NCBI GenBank assembly: GCA_964234715.1
Contig: OZ174280.1
Length of the DNA: 64,000 bases
Reading direction: 5' to 3' (one strand)
DNA from: Podarcis melisellensis
Lineage: Eukaryota
The stretch's first letter is position 1, and each line of letters opens with the position of its first letter. A program made the position numbers and the translations under genes. A model generated the notes under the pieces. It worked only from the letters and a program-made list of their open reading frames with translations, made no database searches and was not told where the DNA came from. Shown here in pieces: positions 25,658 to 38,198 of this stretch.

Positions 25658-26349
25658 TTTTAAGTGCACTTTGTTTCCTCTCAGCTTTACTCAGCCAATG
25701 TACTTAAAAGCTTAATTTTGGGACTGTTACCAAAAACATCTTCCTTATCTTCTGCTTTCAGGCAGAGGGTTTCTTTAGCCATTATGGTCTGCTACCTCTT
25801 CACATGGCTGATCGCGGTGCCGCGTGAAGCACCAGCGATTCCTAAACAAAAAACTCAGATGAGAACTGCCTCAGTTTTCCAGAGACCCTTTTAATCCTTT
25901 TAGTGCCTTTCTCAAATTCAGATTCAGCAGGCAAGCAAAATACAAGAGTCCAACAAGTCAAAGCGGTCTTGTGGGTAAACACCCAAAAGGTACTGCCTTA
26001 TTTATTTATTTATACAAGCCTGTTGTGAGCTGGCAGAAGAGGAGGAACGAATAGCCACATTTCTGCGCAGGGAGGAGGGGGACTTCCCTCCCTCAACAGC
26101 ATGCATATTTTTATGCTGGAAGCACGGAAAGGGCAAAACATTCAAAGGCTCCTCTGCCAACTTCCTGCATGGAATCCCTGGTCACCTGTGGCTACTAGGT
26201 TGCTGCTTACTTGCAAGGTTGAGTTGAATAATTGTGCAAAAATAGCCTCCAAGAAACTTGTTGTCATTATATGTACTGCTAGTACTGCTAGCCTCCTGTT
26301 AATTTTAGCTGCTGAATTATTTGAGGCAGAATTGAAGTGCACCTCCCCC

Positions 26350-26790
26350 CCGGTGAACAAAGGGTTAATTTCAAAAAGTGCACTGAAGGTGAGGAGGCAG
26401 GACAGATGTTGAAAGTGACTTACCCTGCCTCCCAGAACTGACAAGACTGGGTTGTCATTAGTTAATAAACGTATTAACTGTGGCAAAGCCGTGTTAGATA
26501 AATCAGCCATTAATAAAAGGGGTGGGAGTCCCACCGTGGCAGCTGGCCAGGTACTCTATGATAAGCACTTGCAGGACTGGGCCAATCAGACTTGATTGTT
26601 TGCTGGCAGTGGCTTCGTTGGCCAGTGCTGCAGTAAACACTTTCCCTTGGAAGTTGGTTTTCTGTTGTGTCTGGCAGCCACACTGGGCTGCTTGAACTTT
26701 AGCCAGAGGCAAATATTTATACATCAGAGCATGCAGTGTTCAACTGGTCAGGCCTGCAAGAACGAGGGAGAGGACTGTGGGCTTTCTTAA
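26350..26790. promoter_or_regulatory. candidate enhancer
   Basis: Repeat-free block with GTTAAT half-site palindrome, AGATAA/TGATAA (GATA), GTAAACA and GCAAATATTT (FOX), CCAAT and several TGGC(A) NFI half-sites. Confidence 0.4.
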
Positions 26791-27159
26791 CCAAAGAGGA
26801 TGTGTGTCCTTTTTCATTGCATTTGTGACACGGTGAAGTGGAACCACATTTGAGTCTGTTTCAGTGTTAACTTTATATTCTGTAGCATAAACTTTACAAA
26901 TTTGTATAAACATTAGTCATATATGTATTTTTTTAAAGGGACATCCTGATGTGAGCTCTGTTCCTTTAATTCCTGTTGGAAAGTTTACAGTTAATATTTT
27001 CCCTGGAACGCTGTCAAGCTTTTGACAGAGCCTGAGTGTATGCTGAACTGTGAAACTGAGAAGCAGAGCAAGTTGTGAGAAATCTGTTTCTACTCAAATC
27101 TGTAAGGTTTATAAAAACTTCAGCAGAGAGGCAGAAAGAGGGGGAGAAATATCTGAGAC

Positions 27160-27330
27160 TGGCTCTCGTTTTGCCTCTCATGGAGCGCAGTGAGTCCGCC
27201 ATTTTAAGAATTCAGCAAAGGGCGAAGCTTTCAGACTCCTTACATGGCGGCTGTATTTACTTCAATTCCGGCCAATCGAACAGTCTGTGCCAAATCATGT
27301 GACATGCCACGAATGCACTTACAGTCATTT
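27160..27330. promoter_or_regulatory. candidate promoter or bidirectional element
   Basis: YY1 CCGCCATTTT (27196-27205) and ACATGGCGGC (27242-27251), ETS TTCCGG (27266-27271), GCCAATC (27271-27277), E-box TCATGTGAC (27295-27303). Locally retained CpGs. Confidence 0.55.
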
Positions 27331-28399
27331 CCTTGTTTCTAAAAACTTTGTTACCTCTACAGATTACTTTACCTTGTTTTTGATGCCAAATGTTCTTCGC
27401 CGAACGTGTCTAGCAGGCTGGCGTTTGTCCACAAAGTTATTTTAGTAGGTAAAAAGTCTCCGAGCACTTGAGCTGTGTGCATTCTTTATGTAAAATGGAT
27501 TTCCCCTCCTGGCCTCAATCCAAGAGCACAGAACACTCGCTGGGCGAGAAGAGAGCTTCTCTGCAGAGGAACTGGTGGACTGACACACTCTAATTTTTTG
27601 GCTCTTGACCAGACAAGTGAGATAGATGCCAGAATTCAACAAAATAACACATTATTGTGTAATAGGAACAGTACTCAAAGTGAGCAAAAGCTCACAGGAA
27701 CTGAACGCCAGTGCTTCTTTCTTTCTTTCTTTTTTATAACAGAAGCTTGAACTGGCACTTTTAAAATGTTATTTCAGAGGAACAAGGGATGAAATATAAC
27801 TGTGATGTACAGAATGAATAAAATCATACAGTTTCTAACATAAAGCAGGAGGGAAGGGGAGGAGGGGGAGGAGGAAGGAAGAGTGGAGCTGAAATTAGTT
27901 TTGTGAGGGTTTTGCTCTGTGCTCGTCCATGTTAACCCTTTCCATTCACTTTCAGAGTTCTAAATTTGTACTCAAGCATTTATTTATATTCCACATTTAA
28001 TTCCACTTTCAGTGCTCTAAATGAAGTTTGTATTATCTTAAAACCAGAGGGCAATATGGAGCAACAGAGGGGTTGTCATGGTGCAGCCTCAGTGGGTGTT
28101 GTTGCCAACCTTCCCTTTCCACATTTTTTTCCTTTCTACATCTTCAAACAACATACAAACATCAATCTCAAAAACCTTTGTATTCTGGAACAGTAAGGTG
28201 AAGGGTTTCTTTTATTATTATTATTAATGTTGCAGTTCTGCCATGCTCTTCTGGAAGAATCTAGTCATATGGGCAGATGCCAAGGTGGATGGAAAAGGGA
28301 ATCCACCATACCTTTCAGTCTGGGCAGGGGGCTGTTGAATAAGAGATTGAACATGTGCATCAAGTGGCATAAGGATAGTGTGGGTTGAAGCATGCTTTA

Positions 28400-28813
28400 G
28401 CCTGAAACTAACTCCCATTTTTATATGAGGAATGGTTGAGGGAGTTGAATATGTTTACCCTCGGAACGAGACAACCGGGGAGAGATATAATAGCCAACTT
28501 CAGATCTCTAAAGGGCTGTAACACAGAAGATGGAGCAAACTTGTTTTTTCCTACTCCAGGGCCTAGGACCCGAACCAGTGGCTTCAAGTTACAAGAAAGG
28601 AGATTCTGACTAAACATCAGGAAGAGCTTTCTGACACTGAGCCTGTTAGGCAGTGGAATGGATTTCTACGAGAGGTGGTGGACTCTCCTTTCTTGCAGGT
28701 TTTGAAACAGAGGTTGGATGGCCACCTGTCATGGATGCTTTTGTTGAGATTCCTGCACTGCAGGGGGTTCAACTAGATGACTTGGGGTCCCTTCCAACTC
28801 CTATGATTCTATG
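28400..28813 (+). mobile_element. CR1 LINE 3' end
   Basis: Encodes YEEWLRELNMFTL (CR1 YEERLRELGLFSL motif) and ends GTCCCTTCCAACTCCTATGATTCTATG. Confidence 0.93.
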
Positions 28814-28914
28814 TCTGGCTTTCACTGAAAGTTATGTCTTAATTTTGTATATTGCCAAATATATGATTCACACTTTGTCCTTTCAGCACGCTAGGATGTC
28901 AGCAGCAACTTCCA

Positions 28915-29058
28915 GAGGGGTAACCATTTCAGTCTGATGCAGCAAAACCAACAAGGAGTCTTATGGCACTTAACAAATTGATTGTGGTATAAGCTTTTGT
29001 GTTCACTAAAGTTTATGCCATAATAAATCTTAGTCATTTGGTACTGTAAGACTCCTGG
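28915..29058. mobile_element. Penelope-like element remnant in inverted (foldback) form
   Basis: GCAGCAAAACCAACAAGGAGTCTTATGGCAC...ATAAGCTTT followed by its reverse complement ...AAAGTTTATGCCATAATAAA...AAGACTCC. Confidence 0.6.
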
Positions 29059-30304
29059 TAGAAGACTGCCAGTGGGATACATTAATTACTTCATAATTCT
29101 GATAGTATTTTAGCATACAATATTAGACTCCCCTCCCCTTTCTGCTAGAACTTGCTGCCTCTCAATCCTAGAATAACCTTTCTCCATTCTCGTGTCCTCC
29201 AGATAATGTTTGATTCCAACAGCCATGGACAGCTTTAGCAATGGATAGAGGCAACGGGAGTTGTAATCAGGAACATTTGAAGGGCACCAGGTTTGAGAAA
29301 TGTGACATTTCTTCCATCAGTGTTATCATATAAGCAGTACAGGTTGCCCGCATCTCTCATTTATTGAGGATTCTTACGGCTGCAGCACTTTGTGGGAGTT
29401 AGGCATTTGGACTTGGGCTGCAGGTAGAGTCTTTTCAAGTTTACACATCATCTGACTGAGAATAAAAGAACCTATCAGAATTAACTCTAAGAATAATGAT
29501 AGTATTTTCTATTAGTCAGAGAAGGGAAGTAGGTTTGTACTTGCCTACGTGTTATTACCCTGTAGATCACACTGAGGTGATAGAAGGATGAAAGTAGACA
29601 TTTTATTCTTCTTCTGTTTTTTTATATGTTAATGCGCCTTGGTAATTTTGTTTTATTTTAAGGATTGAAAATGAGCCCAGGTGCAGTTAAGAATAGCTGA
29701 TACCAAACAAACAGTAATTCACGTTTAACATACGGGAAGGATAAAGAAATGTCATGTACATAAGCAAAAGACAACTGACATTAACGCAGCAGGCAAGGTG
29801 ATTACATAGCAATCTAGTAACTATATGTGATCATTATTGCTGGTTGGTGGGTTGCTTAAATGAGTACCTGAAGGTTAAGTAATAGCTGTAGGAGGGAGGA
29901 GAGAGGAACAGGAGGAGAGAGTAGGAAAGAGAGAGAGGTTGATAGAAAGGTAGACAGAAGGTTAGGAAAGAGAAGTGGATAAGAAGCAGTGTGAATAGCT
30001 GGGGAGAGAGATGATTTGTCTGTGTTTTAGTAACTGATACTTATGGGCTTTGATTATATTTGTTGGAAGCTCCTGGGGAATAATAACAGGTTTTTGAGAG
30101 GAGTCTTTTATTTCTGTAAACCACCTACTCTGAGATAAATGTTTTTTTATATATAAAATATCATCCACTCTGAGCTGTTGCCAGCCCAGTAGGTCAATGT
30201 GGTTACAGCACCACGTTTCTATGGCCTGTGTGATAAATAGTGGAGTAATGCAGCCCACATGGCATCTTTGGCATCCGTTTCCCCAACACAGTATGCTTCA
30301 GAGT

Positions 30305-30755
30305 CTCATTTATTCATTTAAAACATTTATATACTGCCCTTGATGCTATTCCAGATTTCAGAGTGATGTACAACTAATTCTATCACAATGATAAAACACC
30401 ATATAAGAGCCTGAAAATAATTAAAACTATAAGAAGTTAACATGCTTGGGTGTACCAGAAACTTTTTGCCTGGTACTGAAAAAATTGCAGCATAGACACA
30501 AATCGAGTATCTTTGGGAAAGGCATTGCACAATCATGGCACTACTGCTGAAAAAAACCCTTTCCTTTATTGTTCAGTAGCATACCTGTGCTATGGTGACA
30601 CCTTGAGAAGTGCCTTAGAAGATCTTAAAACATGGGTAAATTAATATGGGAATATACACTTCTTCATGTAATTGGGTCCCAAGCCATTTAAGGGCTTTAA
30701 AGCCAATTACCAGCATCCTGAATTCAGCCCAGAAGTGATAAGCAGCCAATGAAGT
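30305..30755 (-). mobile_element. L2 LINE 3' fragment
   Basis: TTTATT tail. Minus strand carries a decayed HWL...FKAL.GLGP motif (GGGTCCCAAGCCATTTAAGGGCTTTAAA on plus). Confidence 0.7.
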
Positions 30756-30984
30756 TTTGTTGTTGTTTTTTTAATGGCAAGATATGCACAAACATGCTAA
30801 AAGTTAAAGGGGGATGAATAGGCTGTCCGTCCAACATTTCTTTCCTGACGGAGGTCATCCCTTAGGCTGACCAACGCTGTTTCAGTGCCCAAACCAGTTC
30901 TCTTTTGAAATAGGTCTAAGAAACACAACAATATTCAATAACCTTTCCTAAAAACAAAAGGGACTTGCATGTCACAAATAAAAC

Positions 30985-31320
30985 TGAGCAGGGTGCCAAG
31001 TTGTTTAAGGCTTTAAATGTCAGCAACAAAACATTGAAAATTGCTTGACAGTGCCAATTTTTCAACACTAGTGCAATATGCATAAAGCTGGGTGTCCCAC
31101 TCAGCATTCTAGTAGCTGCAATTTGCACTAACTGCAGTTTCCAAACCAGATGCAAAGTTAGCTCTGCATACAACACATTAGAGTAATCTAATTGTGAGGT
31201 CACCCAAGTTTGGACTACGGTGGCAAGACAGTGCTTGTCCAGGAATGGGTCATGCCTGGGGCACCATCTGAGGTTGGAAGTGGGCTACTAAGGCATGGAT
31301 CACACCCATGAGTGCCCAGG
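30985..31320 (-). mobile_element. L2 LINE ORF2 C-terminal remnant
   Basis: ORF 30916-31203 reads TSQLDYSNVLY...KLQLVQIAATRML...LLLTFKALNNLAP, the canonical L2 SRLDYCN/LQLVQNAAAR/FKAL motifs. Confidence 0.9.
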
Positions 31321-31419
31321 TTCATGACCCTCATTTATTTATTTATATTTTTGGGAAATGGCAGGCACTTCCTTCACCCATGGAGTAGCTTTTCTGAAAT
31401 TGGAGGGGGGCAGGAGGGT

Positions 31420-31600
31420 GCTCAAGTATACTGTGTGTAAGGGGGGGGGAGATTGAGGGAGATGGACTTGGATAGAGAGAGGGAGAGATATGTGTGTGGT
31501 TGTGTATTTGTGAAGTGTGTGCATGTGTGTGACAGAGATTCATGTGTGCCTGTGTTCTCTGTGTGCAGTGAGTGTGTGTTCTGTTTTTGTGCAAGAAAAG
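31420..31600. repeat. GA/GT-rich low-complexity tract
   Basis: Degenerate (GA)n and (GT)n. Confidence 0.7.
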
Positions 31601-31929
31601 GTGCATGGTGTGATCACTTCGCATGTTTTTCTTGGTACTTAGCAATATTCCCTGCTGTTATTAGACAACAGCAGCACTATGTGTGTCATCAATATTGTGT
31701 GATTTTCACAGCTAGGTTGTAGGTGACTTCCACTGGCAAGCATGAGATTGTTGGGTGGACACAGGGGGAAGCAGTAACAATGACACTCTCTCTAATTTTG
31801 TGTTATACTATGTCCCACTCCCCATGGCAGCCATGTGTTATGCCAGGCCTCTTTAGCAGATATTAAAATCACTTCTGTAATTCAAAATGTACCAACTGAT
31901 CTGAAAAGGTTGGCTACCCTTGCACCGAG

Positions 31930-32480
31930 GCCACCTGGGCTGTCCTGGTCCATCACAATTTCTGCTACGAAGAAGAGGCAACAGCCTACACAAGATGGAG
32001 GCAAGTAGACCTGAGGCTCAGGAGTTAACAGCACGGAGGCAAGGTCAGGACCTTGGACAGGAACAGAGATGCCAATTCAGAGTTCAGTAGCTAGAGGGCA
32101 GGACCACAGTTAGCAATCCTGCAGCTGAGACAGAAGAACCAAGTTGTTTGAGCACTGCCTTGGAGCAACTAGCAGAACTTTATAGTTTGAGCTATGGAGT
32201 CAAAACTAAAACCCTACTCTTGGAATGCTTCAAATGGCCAGTTAAAAGGCTGGTGCCTTTTTATGTAGTTGTTGGATACTTCTAGGCAGTGGGGTTTCAA
32301 GTTGCAGTGACCTCTTGGGACTTCTCTGGTCTTCTGAGGATTTTGAAGTCAAGTCATTGGAGTTCAGTGGCAGAGAGCTTTGGGCAGGGGGGCATCTCCC
32401 TGGTACCAGTGGGCCCATTTAAAAGGATCAGAAGGTGAATCTGATTCTATCTTGGAGCTATTTCTAATTACATCCTTATT
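31930..32480 (-). mobile_element. possible decayed LTR fragment
   Basis: Minus strand has CTATAAAG followed by GGCAGTGCTCAAACAAC and CCTG/CTTG-rich repeats, an LTR-like layout. Termini not found. Confidence 0.35.
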
Positions 32481-35400
32481 TGGTGATCATAATCCACACA
32501 AACAGAAAAACATTTCCCTAGTTATGTTAATATATATCCATTGTGAATGAGATATGAATGAACCTGGTTTAAGGGATTTCTAAAGTATGGAATGATAATT
32601 TAAAATAAGTGATAATAGAAAATCCTTTTGTGGATTGTTGTCCATGTGGCTTTATAGTGACACATTTAGGTGATGTTTTATGTGTTACATCAGGGCCTCA
32701 TAGTAATACAAAAAGGGATAATGAAAATGTTTATGATATGTTCCAGGGATATGGGTTCTGTTTCATATTGTGTTACATTAACAGAACAAATAATTGGATG
32801 TGTGGGTTGGCGTGATTGAAATGTTTATTTACTATCTAGTTGTCCTGGCAATAGTGTTCGCCATCTTATTTCAATTAATGTCTAATAGAGATGCACTGTA
32901 GTTTTTATGTAGGCACACATATAACTGATGGTTCATTTAAGGAGTGCATGCACTAAATATGTTTTTGCTATCCAGCCAAGCTAACGGCTGTGTAACTGTT
33001 GAGCATAAAACTGTAATATCTATATTTCCCAGCTTGCAGTAATGTTTCTGAAGTCTGGGATAACTGATGCTAATCTCCAGTTTGTTTTGTGGCTTTCCAA
33101 AAATTAACTTGAAACAAAATAAAATGTGATGTAAATCCATTCATTTTAAAATGTGTAATCGAAAGCAATAGGCAACATCTAGTCTATATAGCAAGCTACT
33201 CAATGGAACTTAAAAAGCCAAACAAGATCCCTGGTATGAAAGAATATGAACATTCAAATACATCATCTGTTAATTGCATTCTTGGTCTCAGAATTTCCCA
33301 CTTTGGTGCTTATTGTAACTTCAGCTTATCCTCTTGAACTGACTGTAGAGTATTTGAAAACATTTTAAATAGGACTGCAAGCTTTAATCAATGCGATTAA
33401 TCAAGTGAAGCTTTAATAGCAGATTAAAATTTGGCGTCCGATTAATTGGTAGGATTGACAATGAGTAAAGACTCTGGAATTTTGATCCCTTAAAGGACCT
33501 GCCACTGTGTAGGGCACATAAATTTGCTGTCTCCCTTTTCTCTGCACCAGAACAGATGAAACAGAAATGTAAATGGTTGCTCTGTTCCAATTTGTCTCCA
33601 AAATTGGCAAAAACATTTAAAGGAGAGGACGCTAGTATACTTTTGGAGGATTTACTTTAGACTAAGTTCGTAAGATAAAAATCTTGCCCGATAGTAGACA
33701 ACAGTATTTCACCCACTGGTATGTGCAAAGTCTGATGTCTGGGTGGCCAAAAAGAGAGAGAAAATATTTTGCTATTTTAAGGTGAAACTGTCTCTTCTGT
33801 ACCTTTTATCTTCTGAGTCTTTTATCTTCTAAGTCTTCTAAGTCAATTTGATTTTTCCTACCCTGCTCTTACCCTGGAATGTTCACAGTGCCCAACACTT
33901 CCTGCCCGATATTTCCTAGAACAAGTTAAGATGGGAGTATCAGGGACAAATATTCTGACCACCGTAGATTCATAGGGACGAAAGTCATAATTGGTTCCCA
34001 GTTTCTCAAAATCCCAAGTCCAGTGTGAATCAGAATACACTTGCAGTTAATGTGCAAATTGGAGCATTTTGTTTCAAACTCAGTAGATCTGTCATAAGGT
34101 CATCTTACAGTTATTTAATTGTTCCCAAATTAAATGGCAGCTGCAGTAATATGCATATGTCTCTGCTGAGAGGTGGTTTCCCTCAGAAGCAGGGAAACAG
34201 TTGAATGCTAAGATGCAAATGCTTTGTTTTTGATGTGAACCTTTAGAAAGTACTCTCACCAATCACCCTTGCTGTGAGCCCACATTTTATTTATTTCCTG
34301 CCAGTTCTTCAACCAAACAACCCAGCGCTGCTAACAAGGGAAAGTTAAAATAACAAGTGAGTCAAAATAGGACATTAGAAAGGACTTTGCTCTTCTTCTT
34401 TCTCTTTGTGGCTGGTTGATAACTGAGTGTAAGACAGGACAGGCTGAGTAGCAATCAGGTAGGCCAATTGAATGATTCTTGTTTCCTTGCCATCTCCTGC
34501 TTTCCAAATTGTTGCTTTTTGTACAATATAACTCATTGGGTATATATCTGTGAAGCTTGAAAGATAAATGGTTACTTCAGCTTAACAGCTTTTTGCTTTT
34601 GCTCTGAATGGTTCCTTTTGTTTTGCATAGACCTTCACCTTTAAGGGCAAGGAGGCAGCTTGCTTTAATGATGGAAATAACACATCCAAGGGATTTCCTC
34701 CCATTCCCCTTTTAACAGAACCCTCCCCAGCCAATCTGACCTAGCACCTAGCAATGTTCTTGGCTTTGGCCAGCAACAGCTTGGGAACCCAGGTCTGCTT
34801 CTGAACCCAGATGGCAGTGCGTTGCCATATGTCAAGAACATATGCTGTCCTGATTCTTTCTTTTTTAAAAAAATAACGTCCATTCTGCCATCCACACAAA
34901 TGGATCTTAACCCATTGTGTAGCAAGAAATCTCTTCACTGCCAATTCTATTCATTCTCTACAGAGATGCTTCTGCTGGAGCAATATGATTGAGGGTGTAA
35001 TTATAGGTGTTGCACCAAAGTTTTTAGCAAGCTTTCCATTTCAAAATCCTCGTCAGGCTTCTATTGGCTTTGATGTTGCTGAGAGAAGACGTTTGTCATC
35101 ATTAACAAATTTGACAATATGGTAGCAATTCTGAGTTCTTGATCAGGAGAGGAATACAGACTTGTATTTCCGAGCACAATCTATTCACTTGTACAACCAA
35201 GTGAACTGTTTCTGTTTTATATGAGTGAGCCTTTCGTAGAGGCATGGCTGTTAAGGATTGGGTTTGTTTTATCCTCTTCTTTATTAATTGCTTTAGCCAC
35301 AGCAATGGCACAGACCAAGACAAACAGAACAGTAAAATAAAGACTGCCTGTCTATCTTTTCTATTTTTCCTGCTTACCTAGGACTCTAAGTTAGTCAGTG

Positions 35401-35842
35401 CTTTTGAACATCAAAACATTTTGATGCCTTTGATATGCACAGACATGATAAAGAATTGATGTTGGGGACTTTTTAATTTTTCGTGCTAAGGCACCTACTG
35501 ATAGGCCAAGAAAGTACATAATTGTCCACAAAAATAATTCCAGATCACCCTTTTCTCTCAAAATAAAGGATAAGTTTTTTAAAAAAGAAGAAACATTCTT
35601 TTCCCAGCAGCAGTCATTCTCCCCTCCCTCTTTGATAGTCATGAATTGAATGCTGAGGTGTTGAAATCTATGACTGAGGTCCAAAGGAACATTCAGCTAG
35701 CTACGAGCTCTGTGCTCCCTAAAAGGCTTTGAGTCTGTGTTTCTTGAATGATAGACTACCATGACACTAGGCAAGTCTGAAATTGAAGGACCTTCTGAAA
35801 GTAGTTTGGGCATCCAAACTTGATGCATCCTTGGGGTGCATC

Positions 35843-35972
35843 CAGTGCTATTTTTCTAGGAAAAAGAGGTGCTGGAACTCAGAATGATACCTCCTTCGTT
35901 CTCTTAGAATGGTGCCCACCTGAGAGGTGCCGGAACTGAGTTCCTGTGAGTTCTCCTTGGAAAAAAGCCCTG
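35843..35972. mobile_element. hAT-type MITE
   Basis: TIRs CAGTGCTATTTTT / AAAAAAGCCCTG. Perfect 8-bp TSD GGTGCATC (35835-35842, 35973-35980). Confidence 0.9.
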
Positions 35973-37837
35973 GGTGCATCCAATGCTGCTGTTCTGCTTG
36001 CACAATGAAACTTTTCCCCAGCTGTATTTCCACACACTCAATATCTGCTCCAGAGTTGAGGGAACTTCTGGAGCAGATTTTGGGAGTTTGCAGGGGGAGG
36101 AGGAGAAGCTTTGTTGCAATAGTGAAATATCACTTGTGCACCACTAGGTATGCCTGAAGAAGCTATTTAGTTTAAAGCCATTTACTTCAGTAGTTCACTA
36201 AAATGGGTCATGATTAATAAATTTTATTTTTTTAAAAAATCATATTCAACCACTTTGCCACCTCAGCATTCATACTGTCCTAAGAGAAAAGCCATAACAG
36301 AATGAAAACAGCATCAGATGCACAGTAATAAGTATATTCTCAAATTATTGTGTGGCAGAACTCCCATACTACCGAAGATTGTCTAAGCAAAAATATATTA
36401 TAATTCACACTAGGAACTACATATTCATTTATTTTCTTCTCTCTTTGTTATTAATAGCTGTACTACATATAAACTAGTAGTGCATTGGACATCATGGGTC
36501 ATCAGTGGCAAGGTTTTTAATATTTCAGGACAGATCAATACCAATGCAAATAAAATAATGTTGTGTCAGGTCTGATTTCTCAGGGAATTCAATGAGGCCG
36601 TGTCCGTTCTTGACAGCCAAACTCTGGCTCTGCAATTCAATACAAATAAAAGGCACTGGTATTATCACTGCTTTTTAATGGATCCACTTCAGAGAAAACT
36701 GGAAGTATTCCCCAAAGAATACCAGTCTATGAGAATCAGATTTACAGGCCTGCCGTTTTAACATGGACATAAAGAAACTTGATTACTGAAAAACAAAATT
36801 AATCTCAATGTTTCTTTTGTTGTGCGTGTATTTGTGTAGAGTGGATAATTTATTTTGCAATTCACTGTTAGTTGTTTTAAGCCAAGTATATTTTCCTCCA
36901 CACCCCAAGCTATGTGCTAAAGAAAAAATACTGCCTGTACCAAAGTCAGAGAGCATAGCCATTGATTTCAGTGGAGCCAGAACTGCAGCCACAGAAACCC
37001 AATGGAACTCTCTAAAAGTGCAGGTTAAGAGAAGGGTTATTCTACATTGAATTAATGTATATAAATCTTTTATATAACCGTGCTAGGCAAAGAAACATAC
37101 AGACCATTTTCTTACTAGGTCTGGTCTAAGGGTATAACACTTACACACTGCTTTGAAAGCAATGAAAGCAGGGTTGTTGTTTTTTAAGAACTCCTAGTTC
37201 TTGCTGCTTTCCATGCTTACTCAGTAAAGTTCATGCAACCATCCTGTTCCTAAATTAAAAGGAGGGACTTCTATCTCCAATTCTTGCAACAGATTGTTAC
37301 AGGTAAATTGCCTTATTTATTTATTTTTCTTTTTTTATTATTAACTTACCCACTAAATTTGTAAATCACATTTCAAGGCAGTTTACTATCAAAACAACAA
37401 AAGTATTTAAATATAATACGCAACTGTAGCCACAAGATAAATTAGAACTAAAAGGCATCAACAATGAACAATTTCTGGGGAAGAGATTGAGAGGTTTCTG
37501 GCCCTCATAGGCCAATCTAACCTCCATATTGAAAACCAAAAGTTGTGGTGTAAATCCACCATGACAGGCAGAGCTGGGAGCTCCAATTCTACTTTTTGTT
37601 GAGTTTGTTTCATTGGCTACTGGTACATCACAAACATTGCTATTACTGCCATTGTTCCCCTGCTTCCTATTAATCAGTAATCCGAAATCCTGAGCTTGCA
37701 CTACAAAACTTGCACTGCATTTACAAGAAAAGATCATGGGCCTAGATTCCATCTTTGTAAGACTTAACTTACTAGCCAGTATCTTTCCATAGGCAGAAAA
37801 TTGTTCCTTCAAATTAAAGGGCCAATATTGTTTCTAC

Positions 37838-38055
37838 CCTACTCAGCCATGAAGCTCCCTGGGTGACCTTGGGCCATTCACAGCCTCGCAGCCTAAGCTA
37901 TCTCACAGGGTTGTTGTAGGTATTTAAATGGATAGGGTGGAAACAATTGATCCCCACCTTGTGCTCTTTGGAGAAAAGGAAAGATAGCTCAGAGTGTGGT
38001 GGGTGTTGTACTAGATGATCCCCAGGTTCCCTTCCAACATTTCTATGATTCTGTG
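37838..38055 (+). mobile_element. CORE/MIR-like SINE followed by a CR1 3' tail
   Basis: GCCATGAAGCTCCCTGGGTGACCTTGGGCC..CTCACAGGGTTGTTGT, then ACTAGATGATCCCCAGGTTCCCTTCCAAC..CTATGATTCTGTG. Confidence 0.8.
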
Positions 38056-38104
38056 AAATGCAATAAATAAATTTAATAAATAAATTAAAGATTACTAAGT
38101 GCCT

Positions 38105-38198
38105 ATGGCTGCCATCCTGTGTACATTTATCAGCAAATAAGCCATATTGAACTCAGTGAGTCTTGCTTCCTAGTAGGCATGTATATGATTGCACTGCC
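38105..38198. repeat. old ~90-bp palindromic dispersed repeat (MITE-like)
   Basis: GCTGCCATCCT...ATTGAACTCAGTG...GATTGCACTG. Related decayed copies lie near 700-765, 21620-21695, 42715-42790, 45195-45250 and 58890-58925. Confidence 0.55.

Noticed and set aside
26374-26395. AAAAGTGC, a miR-17/106-like start (also CAGTTATCA, like miR-101-5p, at 12949)
   Set aside because: Similarity stops after the first 8-9 nt and there is no precursor hairpin.
30916-31203. ORF with real protein motifs (also 44956-45174)
   Set aside because: Decayed L2 reverse-transcriptase remnants, not host genes.
34636-34745. Acceptor-like TTTTGCATAG followed by a short open frame (TFTFKGKEAACFNDG...)
   Set aside because: Unrecognised peptide. 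Such sites are common in T-rich introns.
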